From contig MHHG01000053.1 of the NCBI GenBank assembly GCA_001805965.1, positions 1,512-65,511 of the forward strand: a stretch of DNA of 64,000 nt. Reading direction: 5' to 3'. Within the stretch, counting starts at the first letter, position 1. Every line of letters begins with the position of its first letter. Position numbers and translations under genes: made by a program. Below, one piece after another: positions 41,608-51,705 of the stretch. Under the pieces are notes generated by a model. The model was not told where the DNA came from. It saw only the letters and a program-made list of their open reading frames with translations, and did no database searches. The DNA comes from Omnitrophica WOR_2 bacterium RIFOXYA2_FULL_38_17. Lineage in GTDB: Bacteria > Omnitrophota > Gorgyraeia > Zapsychrales > Zapsychraceae.

Positions 41608-42144
41608 TTATTTCCTTATTTCCTTTAAAACATCAGCATACTTATAGAAGGGGTCCCCTTTAGATTGCGAGAAAACATCAGAATACACCACAAGATCAAA
41701 GAAGCGGTTTATAACAACAAGATATGTTGTTCCTTCAAGCTCAGACTTGTCTTTTAACGGGTTAAAATGTACAAAAATATACCCTCTTGTTTCAGGCATT
41801 CCGATCGATTTATCTATCTTTGCTGATTTAAGCAAATAATCCATCTTGCGCTCTGATTCAGATAAAGTCTTTTTTGCCTTAATAATTGCAGCTTTTGCCT
41901 GTTTTTGATCTATAACCGGCTTATTCGCTCCAAGAATATCATATTTAAATTTTCTGCCAGCTTCTTTCATTTTTTCAGAGCTCAGCTCGTTCGCCTTAAG
42001 ATAATCATTACCTATCTCATCCATTGCATCGGAAATAGAATCTTCATAATAGTCATATGTATTAACTGTCTTGTCAGTGACCTTATCTACAGACGCACAA
42101 CCACTACATAATATGAAAATAGTAAACCATAGAATCTTTTGCAT
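41608..42144 (-). CDS. Hypothetical lipoprotein
   Basis: Short signal peptide ending CSGC; same strand and close spacing to the kinase. Confidence 0.65.
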   Translation of the reverse strand: MQKILWFTIFILCSGCASVDKVTDKTVNTYDYYEDSISDAMDEIGNDYLKANELSSEKMKEAGRKFKYDILGANKPVIDQKQAKAAIIKAKKTLSESERKMDYLLKSAKIDKSIGMPETRGYIFVHFNPLKDKSELEGTTYLVVINRFFDLVVYSDVFSQSKGDPFYKYADVLKEIRK

Positions 42145-42348
42145 AGTGAAAAACCTCTCTTATCCTTTAGAAAATTAGTCTTATGTAAATATAAAGAATA
42201 CATATATTCTATTGTATATAATAGGAAATAAATCCATATTTATCCAGCAATATTACTTTTTTTCAATCTTCATTTATACTGTATTCTGTTAGCTATAAAC
42301 GACAAAAGAACTATATGAATTTTGCATTCTAAATAATATACTGTAACT

Positions 42349-43053
42349 ATGCTAATTTTCAGAACTAAATCCATACGACAATCTTTTATTTTTATAATAT
42401 ACTTCTTGTTATTATCACAATATTGCTTTGCACAGGACTCTATAATAAATGATGTTATAAAATCAAAGCAATCTCTTGTCACCATTAAGGGATTTAAGTC
42501 TTCTCCCTCAGAACATGATGACACTGGTCAATACAAAATGGGCTCTGGAGTAATCATATCAAATAACGGTATTATCGTAACAAATCTGCACACAATAATT
42601 GATTGTAATTTCATTAACGTTAAACTGCATAATGATAAAATTTATAGTTCTGAAGTCTTGATGACCTTGCCTGCATTTGATATTTCCTTAATAAAGATCA
42701 AGGCTTCAACCCCGTTAATTCCTATAGAGTTTGGCGACTCAAATGCCATTAGCTTGGGGCAAGATATAATCAATGTTTCCAGCAGTAAATTATGGCAGCA
42801 AACCATTACCGGAGGGATTATTACTGGTTTGGGAGTGAGCAAGCAATTGGACGGACAGGATATAAAAGGCATTGAAATGATCGAAGTAAACTTAAATCTT
42901 GATGAAGGCGACAGCGGAGGTCCATTATTGAATAAATCCGGGGAGTTGATTGGAATGATCACTGCAAAAGATGTAACACGAAGCAGAAAAAGCTATGCAA
43001 TCCCATCAAGCAAGATACTTCTTCTTTATGAATATTACCAAAAATCCAAGTAA
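42349..43053 (+). CDS. Exported trypsin-like (S1C) serine protease lacking PDZ
   Basis: GSGVII, TNLH, DISLIK, GDSGGPL catalytic triad. Confidence 0.88.
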   Translation: MLIFRTKSIRQSFIFIIYFLLLSQYCFAQDSIINDVIKSKQSLVTIKGFKSSPSEHDDTGQYKMGSGVIISNNGIIVTNLHTIIDCNFINVKLHNDKIYSSEVLMTLPAFDISLIKIKASTPLIPIEFGDSNAISLGQDIINVSSSKLWQQTITGGIITGLGVSKQLDGQDIKGIEMIEVNLNLDEGDSGGPLLNKSGELIGMITAKDVTRSRKSYAIPSSKILLLYEYYQKSK

Positions 43054-43169
43054 GATCCAGGCAACAAACACGCTTATTGTCTCTTACGAAATAAGAAATA
43101 AACCCTAGGATACAGCTTTCTTTTTTGGTATGATACCACAATATTAAAATCTAATTAACTCGTAAGAAA

Positions 43170-45797
43170 ATGGAACCAGACAAAAAAACATTAAATGATA
43201 ATAGCGCAAAAGCTCGTTGCGTTTTAAATATTTCAAAAAAAAGCACATTCCTTAAGTATTTGCTTGTCTTTATACTTTCATCCTCCATAGGCATATATTT
43301 CCGCCTTTTTCCTTTAATAAACTACTCTCCTGGTGATTTTCGAGAAAAAGCTACTTTAATTGTTATTCATCAGCTTAGAGAAATTGTGATAAAAAATATC
43401 GAGGCCAATAATCCTGACCTTAGTCCTCAGGAGAAAGCTTTACTGATAAGAACACAATTTAACAGACTTTTAAATACAGAAAAACTGAAAGTGCGGAGTT
43501 CAATAAATTCAGTCACTAGGAATTTCGCCGAGCAATCTCTCGAGAAAAGAAATAGCCCTTATCTTTTAGCTTCAGATTCTTTTTATTATTACGGATTAAC
43601 AAAGAACATAGTAAAAACCGGGAAAATAGCCGACACTATTAAGGGAAGCAAATACTTAAATCCTCTTATGCTTGCACCAAACGGCCATTATGAGCCGTTA
43701 AACCTACATCCCTACATTGGCTTCTTTATCTATAAAATAATGCTGATCTTTAACCAAAGTACTGACCTGATGCATGCTGTTAGCTATACTCCGCTTGTTA
43801 TTGCAGCATTATCAGTGGTCCCATTCCTTGCAATTTGTTATTCTTTTGGAGTAAGCGCAATAGCTTCTTTTGTGGGAGCTGTCTTTTTCCTTCTCGCTCC
43901 GATTTATATTAAAAGAAGCACCTTCGGATGGTATGATAATGACCCCTACAATACCTTTTTCCCATTACTGATCTTATCAATAATTTTTTTGGGATTATCA
44001 AAAAAATCCCTAAAACAAAATTTGCTATATGGACTTTTAAGTGCCTTCTTGCTTATGCTTTATGCCTTTTTCTGGCAGGGATGGGTCCTAATCTTCTTTG
44101 TTATCTTTTCATCAGGCATATTAATAATTTTATATGACCATTTTATTTTGAAAGATAAGCTTGTGTCAAAAAATTCTTTTTCATATTTCGGTATTTTTTC
44201 AATTCTAAGCTTCTTTGCAGTGTCATTAGCTTTCGGTGCCGGTGAATTCTTTGTTCTATTTAAAGAAGGCTGGATAGCATTAAAGAATTTCTTAACACCC
44301 CAATTATCATTATGGCCAGACCTATACATGAGCGTATCTGAGCTTCACAATGCAACGCTTAGTTATATAGTTGAATACTCCGGGGGTAAATTCTTTATAG
44401 CTATAGCCTTATTGGGATTTATTGCTTCACTGATCACTATCCCAAGGCAAAAAAAGCCTGAAGACGTTCCAAAAATCATCATGATAACTGTCTTTCTATC
44501 GATATCCCTAATTATCGCTTCCGGAGCACAAAGATTTGTTATGCTTGTATTTGTCCCTCTTTCAATATTCTTTGCCATTGGAATTGAGAGGATTTACAGA
44601 TTTTTTTCTTTCATTATAAATTTAAAAATACCTGAATCAAGGAATTCAGCCAGCTTAAATCCTAAGAAATTAATTGCTAACATTTTATTGGCAATTGTTA
44701 TCCTAGTTACTGTTTTTATACCTATAAAATCTATTCACAATACAATTGAATCTCTGCTTAATCCTATATTTAATGAAACATGGGAAAGTGCTTTGCTCCA
44801 AATTAAGGAAAAAACACCCAAAGATAGCATTGTTACCACCTGGTGGCCACCTGGGCATTTTATAAAAGCTATTGCAGAAAGAAGTGTTACGTTTGATGGT
44901 GCTACAATAAATGTTCCCCAAGCATATTGGGTTTCCAACATATTCTTAAGCCAGGATGAAACTCAAGCTTTAGGTTTTATAAGAATGCTTAACAATAGTG
45001 GGAATAAAGCTGCTGATTTTCTAGTCCAAGAACGCGGCTTTGAACTATCAACGAGCATAGCACTTTTAAAACTTATTACCGCGTTACCTCCAATAAAAGC
45101 TGCAATCGCCCTATCAACTGTTTTTAATGATGCTGACTCCATTAACAGATTATTAGAACTAACTCATAAAACACCGCCTCCATCCTACTTACTGATATAC
45201 AATGAGTTTGTAGAAAATAATCTTCAGCTGAAATTCATTGGAAAATGGAATTTTACCGAGCTTGAGAAAATCAATAAGGACCCTGCCCTTTTAAAACAAG
45301 TCCCTGATAGGAATTCTGACCAGTATGTTCAATTCCTCTGGAAACTTGTTGGAGGCGCTTATAAATATAGCGGTATTCTTAATCAGCTTGACGCTAACCG
45401 AAATAGAGTGATCTTCGACGAAAATGTTATAATCGATTTAAAAACAAAAGAATGTATTGTAAATTCAAATACATACGGAAAAGGCACGCCTATAAGTGTC
45501 TTATATCTTGAGGATAATGAATTAAAAGAAGAACTGCAAAAAACCCCAACTCTCTCATATTCTGCACTACTAATAAAGGATCAAGATGCATATAAATGCA
45601 TCCTTCTTGATAGGCCTCTGGCAAGATCCCTTTTAGTTCACCTTTACTTCTTTGAAGGAAAAGGCCTAAGATATTTCAAGCCTTTCATAAAGGAATCTGA
45701 TCTGACAGTACGAACGAAGATAATGGTATACGAAGTTGACTGGAAACAATATTCAGAAGATACTCAAATGAAACTCCCTAATCTCCCGGGTTTATAA
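43170..45797 (+). CDS. STT3/PglB/AglB-family oligosaccharyltransferase (WWPPG variant)
   Basis: ASDSFYY, RSTFGWYDND, SVSE, about 13 TMs, and TWWPPGH...DG at the WWDxG position. Confidence 0.82.
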   Translation: MEPDKKTLNDNSAKARCVLNISKKSTFLKYLLVFILSSSIGIYFRLFPLINYSPGDFREKATLIVIHQLREIVIKNIEANNPDLSPQEKALLIRTQFNRLLNTEKLKVRSSINSVTRNFAEQSLEKRNSPYLLASDSFYYYGLTKNIVKTGKIADTIKGSKYLNPLMLAPNGHYEPLNLHPYIGFFIYKIMLIFNQSTDLMHAVSYTPLVIAALSVVPFLAICYSFGVSAIASFVGAVFFLLAPIYIKRSTFGWYDNDPYNTFFPLLILSIIFLGLSKKSLKQNLLYGLLSAFLLMLYAFFWQGWVLIFFVIFSSGILIILYDHFILKDKLVSKNSFSYFGIFSILSFFAVSLAFGAGEFFVLFKEGWIALKNFLTPQLSLWPDLYMSVSELHNATLSYIVEYSGGKFFIAIALLGFIASLITIPRQKKPEDVPKIIMITVFLSISLIIASGAQRFVMLVFVPLSIFFAIGIERIYRFFSFIINLKIPESRNSASLNPKKLIANILLAIVILVTVFIPIKSIHNTIESLLNPIFNETWESALLQIKEKTPKDSIVTTWWPPGHFIKAIAERSVTFDGATINVPQAYWVSNIFLSQDETQALGFIRMLNNSGNKAADFLVQERGFELSTSIALLKLITALPPIKAAIALSTVFNDADSINRLLELTHKTPPPSYLLIYNEFVENNLQLKFIGKWNFTELEKINKDPALLKQVPDRNSDQYVQFLWKLVGGAYKYSGILNQLDANRNRVIFDENVIIDLKTKECIVNSNTYGKGTPISVLYLEDNELKEELQKTPTLSYSALLIKDQDAYKCILLDRPLARSLLVHLYFFEGKGLRYFKPFIKESDLTVRTKIMVYEVDWKQYSEDTQMKLPNLPGL

Positions 45798-45863
45798 CGA
45801 AGCGACTGAACAAAAGTATTTGTGACTACAAGCTTGCTCGCTCGGGACGATATCGCCAAGAGA

Positions 45864-46787
45864 TCAAAAAGAATGTCCCGTCATTCCATAATAATCGCCA
45901 AAAATTGAACTTGCTGCGTCTTTTCTATTCCTTAATTCGCGAATACGCTCAGCACCTGTCATGTTCTCAAGGTCAGGCTTATCGTAAACAAGCGGTTTCT
46001 CTCTTAAACGAACTTTCATCCCTCCGACACCATCATCAAATACAGTCTTATTTTTCTCTAGCTCCAGGGGAAATTGCTTAATTAATGTTGATTGTTTGTT
46101 TCCCTTTGCTACAAGCGGAGCACCAAATTCATTTGGGTTTATCTGCTTTCCATTTCTAATCATGTTCTCAAGCTCTAACGCAAGGCTCTCATATTTTATT
46201 TTTCTTAATGAAGTAATCAGCTCCAAAACTTTATGGCTATCTCCCTGAAGATAATAAGCAATCCCAAGGCCTAAATATGCATAAGGAGGCTGGTTTGACT
46301 CCTTAGCAGTAACTTTTTCAAAATATTCAATAGCTGAAGAAGCATCTCCCATCCCGATCAAATAAACCCAGCCTAATGATATTTGTACAGAAACCATATT
46401 AGGATCGATCTCAAGAGCCCTTTTGCATGCTGCTTCAGCTTTCTCAAATTCACCTAAACTATAATATGTCTTTCCCAGATTTTCATAACCTGCAGCAAGA
46501 TTTGGGTCCAATTCGACAGCCTTTTCGAAATAATAAATAACATTGTCCAGCTCAAGCCCTTTGGCCCTATAAGCCATTCCAAGATAATTGTAAGAATGCG
46601 CAAATCCCGGATGTATCTTTAATGTTTCATCGAAAAGCTTTATTGCTTGTTCATAATTTCCATTGTCAAACTCTTGCGCTGCTTTTTCAAATATAGTTTT
46701 CAGGCTATTAACATCTATAGGCTCCGCCGCAACCATTGAAGACATGCATATAACAATTGTTATTATAAAAATTATTGGATTTTTCAT
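45864..46787 (-). CDS. Exported TPR protein (last gene of the secretion operon)
   Basis: Signal peptide; about 4-5 TPRs. Confidence 0.82.
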   Translation of the reverse strand: MKNPIIFIITIVICMSSMVAAEPIDVNSLKTIFEKAAQEFDNGNYEQAIKLFDETLKIHPGFAHSYNYLGMAYRAKGLELDNVIYYFEKAVELDPNLAAGYENLGKTYYSLGEFEKAEAACKRALEIDPNMVSVQISLGWVYLIGMGDASSAIEYFEKVTAKESNQPPYAYLGLGIAYYLQGDSHKVLELITSLRKIKYESLALELENMIRNGKQINPNEFGAPLVAKGNKQSTLIKQFPLELEKNKTVFDDGVGGMKVRLREKPLVYDKPDLENMTGAERIRELRNRKDAASSIFGDYYGMTGHSF

Positions 46788-46840
46788 TTCAATTAAATAC
46801 AGCAGGAATGCTTTGATATGATTAAATTTACTGGAAGCTT

Positions 46841-47419
46841 CTATTTATTAGCAGCAATTTCTTTTGATGATCTTGAACCGATTGAAACTTTCACTACCGA
46901 CATCGACACATTCACCGTATTCTCAACGCCTCTTTTGGGAGACATATTGAATTTTACTACCTTTAGCAGCTCTTCTGTAGAATTTATTTCGTGCATAAAC
47001 GTTAAAACATCTTCTAATGTTCCTACACAGTCTAAATTCGCATAATATTTATCAAAATCTTTCTCGTGTTTTACTTCTGAAGGGTTGCTTTTAACCAGAT
47101 TGACTTTTGTCTTTGTTGCAAGCCTTTCAACCACGCTTAAAAAATCAGCATTAACGATATCAGCATCTTTCTGGTCCTTGTTAATATAATTCTCATAAAC
47201 CTTTAACTCTCTTACAATCTTATCCTTATATGCCAAAAATCTGATATCTCTAATAACGCTTTGCTCTTGTATAGAAATCTCATTATCAATGGTATAAAGT
47301 TTGCTTAATACCGGGCCCAGAAATAACCTGTCAAAACATGCTAACAGGACAAATAAAACAGTTACATAAAATACTTTTTTCTCGTTCTCAGATAAATTGG
47401 AAATAAATTTCTGAATCAA
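46841..47419 (-). CDS. GspM/PilO-like assembly protein
   Basis: LSENEK then single TM, coiled coil, ferredoxin-like C-terminus; follows the PilM/N-like gene. Confidence 0.72.
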   Translation of the reverse strand: MIQKFISNLSENEKKVFYVTVLFVLLACFDRLFLGPVLSKLYTIDNEISIQEQSVIRDIRFLAYKDKIVRELKVYENYINKDQKDADIVNADFLSVVERLATKTKVNLVKSNPSEVKHEKDFDKYYANLDCVGTLEDVLTFMHEINSTEELLKVVKFNMSPKRGVENTVNVSMSVVKVSIGSRSSKEIAANK

Positions 47420-47421
47420 CT

Positions 47422-48909
47422 TTACTCCTCCGTAGTTTCCGCTTGAACCACATCATCGTCAGCAAACGATTTTAATTTTAAAGTTATCTCAAAAGCAGAC
47501 ACATCTTTTCCCCTGTCCTTCTTTGAGGTAGTTGACTTTATCTCTACGCTTTTGAAAAGAGGTGACTCTTTTAGCGTTGTGCCTAAATTAAAAACAAGCG
47601 AAGCAATATCAGAAACCCCTTGGATACTTACGCTTCCGTCTTCATCAAGAAATACATTAGTCAAATAAACACTGTCGGGGATATTATAATACAATTCCTT
47701 TATTGTTTCTAAGCTAACCATTCTTCCTGCTAAATATTTTTGAATAATCTTTGTTTGCTTAGCATCTTCCTCAAGCCTTACAACTTCCTCCCTATTAGCC
47801 TTGTACTTTGATTTCAGATTGTTCAAATATGTGCTCTTAAAATAAATACGCAACCCTAAAGTTAAAGCCACTAAAAATAGAACAATAAAACCTGCCATTG
47901 CCGCCCTCAAAAATTCTACCCCTTGTTCCTCCAATGATCTTTGCATAAGGACTTCCTCGGGCATAAGATCAACTTGCATATCCTTAACAATCGATACAGC
48001 AGAGACTATATCAAGGAATGAAGTGTTTGAATAGTTATTGGCTATTTTCTTTAATGCTCCGCTTGCTACTTTAACATTATCAACATAAGGTATAAACTCA
48101 ACTACCCAATTAAGCTTTTCTTTTAAGGCCGTTTGAAGGGCTTTTGTATTTTCATCATCGGTTGTAATCAAATACTGTACCGGAGCAGGCTCAATATCTT
48201 CATTAATGTAAAGGTCCAAAGTCATTTTAATCTCATCAACAAGCTTGTTAATTGCATCTATACCCTCGCTAGCAAGCTGATTTTTACCGACAGGAATGCT
48301 CCTTGAAGAAATAGAGATTCCGCGGAAAGCTATAACAAAATTTGTTGAATTTTCATCAACATCAATGATTCCCTTTGGAGTTGCTTCTGCCTTCCATCCA
48401 AGCGCATCAGAATATAATCCGGCTATACCTTCTGGGGCAAAAAGCACTTTTTCGATCTTAATTCCAGCTTTTTCAAAAACCTCCAACTGGCTTTTAAGAA
48501 CATTTTTGTTGGCAATAACAAGCAGTATCTTTGAATAATTGCTCTTATATACTCCTATGTTCACAAAACCAACCTGGATTTCATCCCTTGAAAACGGCGT
48601 ATGCCTTCCTGCCTGCAAGCCTACAATAGACTTGATCTCTTCAGGATTAGTCGAAGGAACTTCAATATTCTTTGTTGTTACCATGCTAGGAGGGACAACA
48701 CAAACTGCAGTGTATTTCTTTGCATTAAAACTACTTAATGCAGATTGAACAGTTTTAGGAAGATCTGCTTCAGACATTCCCTTAATATCTTTTGAAAAAA
48801 CATTAAGAACTTTACATGCTTTTAACGAACCTTTGACCTGCGCTATTTTCAACAGGTCATCACCCAAAGAAATACAGATATACTCATTGATCTTATTAGA
48901 CATAAACAA
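47422..48909 (-). CDS. PilM-PilN (GspL-like) fusion
   Basis: Actin-like N-terminal region, VDLMP (PilN INLLP-like) then TM, and PilN-type C-terminus (IPDSVYLTNV..VSIQG). Confidence 0.78.
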   Translation of the reverse strand: MFMSNKINEYICISLGDDLLKIAQVKGSLKACKVLNVFSKDIKGMSEADLPKTVQSALSSFNAKKYTAVCVVPPSMVTTKNIEVPSTNPEEIKSIVGLQAGRHTPFSRDEIQVGFVNIGVYKSNYSKILLVIANKNVLKSQLEVFEKAGIKIEKVLFAPEGIAGLYSDALGWKAEATPKGIIDVDENSTNFVIAFRGISISSRSIPVGKNQLASEGIDAINKLVDEIKMTLDLYINEDIEPAPVQYLITTDDENTKALQTALKEKLNWVVEFIPYVDNVKVASGALKKIANNYSNTSFLDIVSAVSIVKDMQVDLMPEEVLMQRSLEEQGVEFLRAAMAGFIVLFLVALTLGLRIYFKSTYLNNLKSKYKANREEVVRLEEDAKQTKIIQKYLAGRMVSLETIKELYYNIPDSVYLTNVFLDEDGSVSIQGVSDIASLVFNLGTTLKESPLFKSVEIKSTTSKKDRGKDVSAFEITLKLKSFADDDVVQAETTEE

Positions 48910-48985
48910 TCCTTAACATTTGGATATTATATACGATTTAATTTTATTATATACTAATATAACTAACTGTAACAACAGAAAATCA

Positions 48986-50041
48986 TTATTTTTCTCTCCA
49001 ATATTCTATACGATTTTCTAATGCATTATACACGCAGACGGCTTCAAGAACCTCTTCTTTATTACGTATTCTAGCCCTACTTCCTATCAAATAAAAGGAA
49101 GAATTTGTTTTTATTCGTTGGGCTAAATTCAGAAGATCTATCTCTCTTATTTCAGATATTTCTAGTTTTGTAAAGGCAAGCATGTCAACGGCCATGTCAA
49201 AAGTTTTATGAAATATATGGTCATCAACGCTAAAATCTTTGTCATCAAATCCTCTTCGCACCATTAAAAATTTATCAATAACACTTTGGCTCAATCCAAT
49301 AGCATAGAGAACCTGATATGAAGCTGTATTTATATTTACCAAACCATCTCCGTAAACAGTAATGAATGGATACAATCTTTCATATACATCCTCGGTAAAT
49401 CCTTCGACAAGCAACAATTCATCTATAAGCTCAAACGGCTTGCTTTTGATCTCATAGGGAAATTCCAGGTTTGAGTAATATTCATTACTATAGAAACCCT
49501 CGGCATGCGATTGTCCGAATTCCCGCCAATCAATAATATTATTAGCCAACCACGCGGCATCTTCTTGATCAAGCCCCAGAACACTCATTATCAAACGCAC
49601 GATAACATCCTGAGGCGCCACATTAATATTTATTTTACTTTCTGCGTCGACAACTCCATACTTGATTTCAACTGCAGATGAACTGCTGCCATAATAGGGA
49701 TATGACACGTCAAAATACCCGTCTCCGACCACTATTCCCTTGAATTTATCCGGATTATTATGCCTATAATATTTCCCGTATGACGTATAAAGATCACCGT
49801 TCCTGCTGATATCCATCCTTATTGAAGCAATGGCTTTTTTTATTCCAGCATCAGCAATATAATGAAGCTTGCTTCTTGTTTCCAATCTCAAGAGCATTGT
49901 AGCTTTTTGCTGGATCTTCATTCCAATCTGAACAGCAAATACGCTCAAAAAAACAACAGTCCATAAAGCAAGGATCAGAACAGAGCCCGCTCTTTCACGA
50001 CTAATCAAATTTTTAAAATTCATATACAAAGCTCTCGCCAA
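48986..50041 (-). CDS. gspK: Minor pseudopilin GspK
   Basis: RAGSVLILALW, DAESKININ, IIDWR, ELLLVEG, VNINTAS. Confidence 0.88.
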   Translation of the reverse strand: MARALYMNFKNLISRERAGSVLILALWTVVFLSVFAVQIGMKIQQKATMLLRLETRSKLHYIADAGIKKAIASIRMDISRNGDLYTSYGKYYRHNNPDKFKGIVVGDGYFDVSYPYYGSSSSAVEIKYGVVDAESKININVAPQDVIVRLIMSVLGLDQEDAAWLANNIIDWREFGQSHAEGFYSNEYYSNLEFPYEIKSKPFELIDELLLVEGFTEDVYERLYPFITVYGDGLVNINTASYQVLYAIGLSQSVIDKFLMVRRGFDDKDFSVDDHIFHKTFDMAVDMLAFTKLEISEIREIDLLNLAQRIKTNSSFYLIGSRARIRNKEEVLEAVCVYNALENRIEYWREK

Positions 50042-50665
50042 TTATCCGCCTATAGGTATATCAATGAATTTTCTCATTGACCTTTCGCCACGGCTATCTT
50101 TAAACACAACCAATACTTCAATAGCTGAAGGAATATAATCTAAAATTTCATTCTTTGTGATTTCACCTTCAGGGGTTAGAACAAAATAGGTGAATTTCAG
50201 CCTTTCAACAGAGCCAACTATTTTTGATTCTCTAGAATATTGCTCACTTACTGCCTGGCTGTAATTAGCCTGCCTTCTATAAATACTGTCTGATATTGGA
50301 TCAAAATAATATTCTACTTTTCCTAACTGATCAACATATGAACCCTCCGGATGCCCTGATCCCTTATCTGCTTTTGTATAAACTATCGCAGGAAAACTAA
50401 ACCTAAAGACATCACCCTGTGGCTTTATCCTCGAATAAGAATAAACATTTCTCAGATCTTTACTTATTTTATCAAAAAACATTGCTATATCTTCCTCAAC
50501 AACCAGGCGGTTAGACTCCTGCCAAACCCTGATACCGCTAGATAAACAACTGTAAATAGCAACGCTAATTACTGCGATAAGGGATGTTACGATAAGTATC
50601 TCAATCAGCGTCATCGCTGATTTATTTTCCAATCTTTTAATGGACATTTTAAATTGAGTTCTCAT
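50042..50665 (-). CDS. Minor pseudopilin, GspJ-like
   Basis: Prepilin motif A/MTLIEILI. Confidence 0.78.
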   Translation of the reverse strand: MRTQFKMSIKRLENKSAMTLIEILIVTSLIAVISVAIYSCLSSGIRVWQESNRLVVEEDIAMFFDKISKDLRNVYSYSRIKPQGDVFRFSFPAIVYTKADKGSGHPEGSYVDQLGKVEYYFDPISDSIYRRQANYSQAVSEQYSRESKIVGSVERLKFTYFVLTPEGEITKNEILDYIPSAIEVLVVFKDSRGERSMRKFIDIPIGG

Positions 50666-50697
50666 TTTCTTTATTAGTTGGGAAAAATCTAAAGCGG

Positions 50698-51165
50698 CTA
50701 TTTAAAATACTCGAAATCTGAAATATATGCTGAACGCGATAAGATCATTTCCTTCCCGCCAGAATCCCAAAGAAGAGAAAGGTCCAGTTCAAAAACATCT
50801 GCAAAATCTTCAACTTCTGAAATATTCATTCTTTGCCTAAACTCTATCTCTTTCGCTCCGACATTAAGCTTTTCTTTTCTGTTAAGTTCGAACGGTAACG
50901 TTTCATATACCCTTAGCATTCTTTCAATCGCAGTTATCCTATTATCAAGCAGCGTAGTAGCATAAAGCCTATTCGTTAAGTAATTCATGCGGTCTAAGGA
51001 AACTATAAATCCTTTAAAGATAATAACTATACCCAAAGACAGCACTGCAAGGGCAACCATAACCTCAACAAAAGTAAACCCTGAATCTGAAAACAAAAGC
51101 CGTCCTCTTCTCTTAGACAACTTCTCTTTCCTGTTCAGGGTATTATTTTTTCTCTTATGAAACAC
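50698..51165 (-). CDS. Minor pseudopilin, GspI/PilV-like
   Basis: G/FTFVEVMVALAV prepilin motif. Confidence 0.78.
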   Translation of the reverse strand: MFHKRKNNTLNRKEKLSKRRGRLLFSDSGFTFVEVMVALAVLSLGIVIIFKGFIVSLDRMNYLTNRLYATTLLDNRITAIERMLRVYETLPFELNRKEKLNVGAKEIEFRQRMNISEVEDFADVFELDLSLLWDSGGKEMILSRSAYISDFEYFK

Positions 51166-51215
51166 TTATGTATTTTTGATTTTGCAAAAACTAATATTTA
51201 CAAGCTGGTAAGATT

Positions 51216-51641
51216 CTATTCTTCCCAATTATTTATATCATCACCAGAATTGCTTTTATCTCCGCCTAAAGAACTTAAATCATAGTCCGGCCTCTTCTTT
51301 CCCGGAGAGGTATAAACATAAGGCGAGCCCCACGGGTCAATTGGGTCTTTTTCAATATATGGGCCATTCCAATTGCGAGCCTCTGGAGTTGTGCTAGGCT
51401 TCTTTTTTAAAGCGGCCAATCCTTGTTCTGTAGAAGGGAAAGTCCCGTTATCAAGTTCATAGAGCTTTAATGCCGTAGCTAATTGAGAGTTGATATCTGA
51501 TTTTGCAACAGAAACTTTTGCCTGCTCACTTCTTCCCACAAGCCTGGGGACGACCATAGCAGCTAAAGCTGCAATAATAATAACCACCAGCATAATTTCA
51601 ATTAAAGTAAATGCCTTATTTCCTTTAAATAAAATTCTCAT
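51216..51641 (-). CDS. gspG: Major pseudopilin GspG
   Basis: A/FTLIEIMLV, LYELDNG.FPSTEQGL.AL, NWNGPY, DPWG.PY.Y.SPG; ATG 51641 after GGAGG. Confidence 0.93.
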   Translation of the reverse strand: MRILFKGNKAFTLIEIMLVVIIIAALAAMVVPRLVGRSEQAKVSVAKSDINSQLATALKLYELDNGTFPSTEQGLAALKKKPSTTPEARNWNGPYIEKDPIDPWGSPYVYTSPGKKRPDYDLSSLGGDKSNSGDDINNWEE

Positions 51642-51705
51642 ATCTCCTCCAAAGTTCAATAACTAATTAATCCATGTAATATCTATATATTATCATACAA
51701 CAGAT

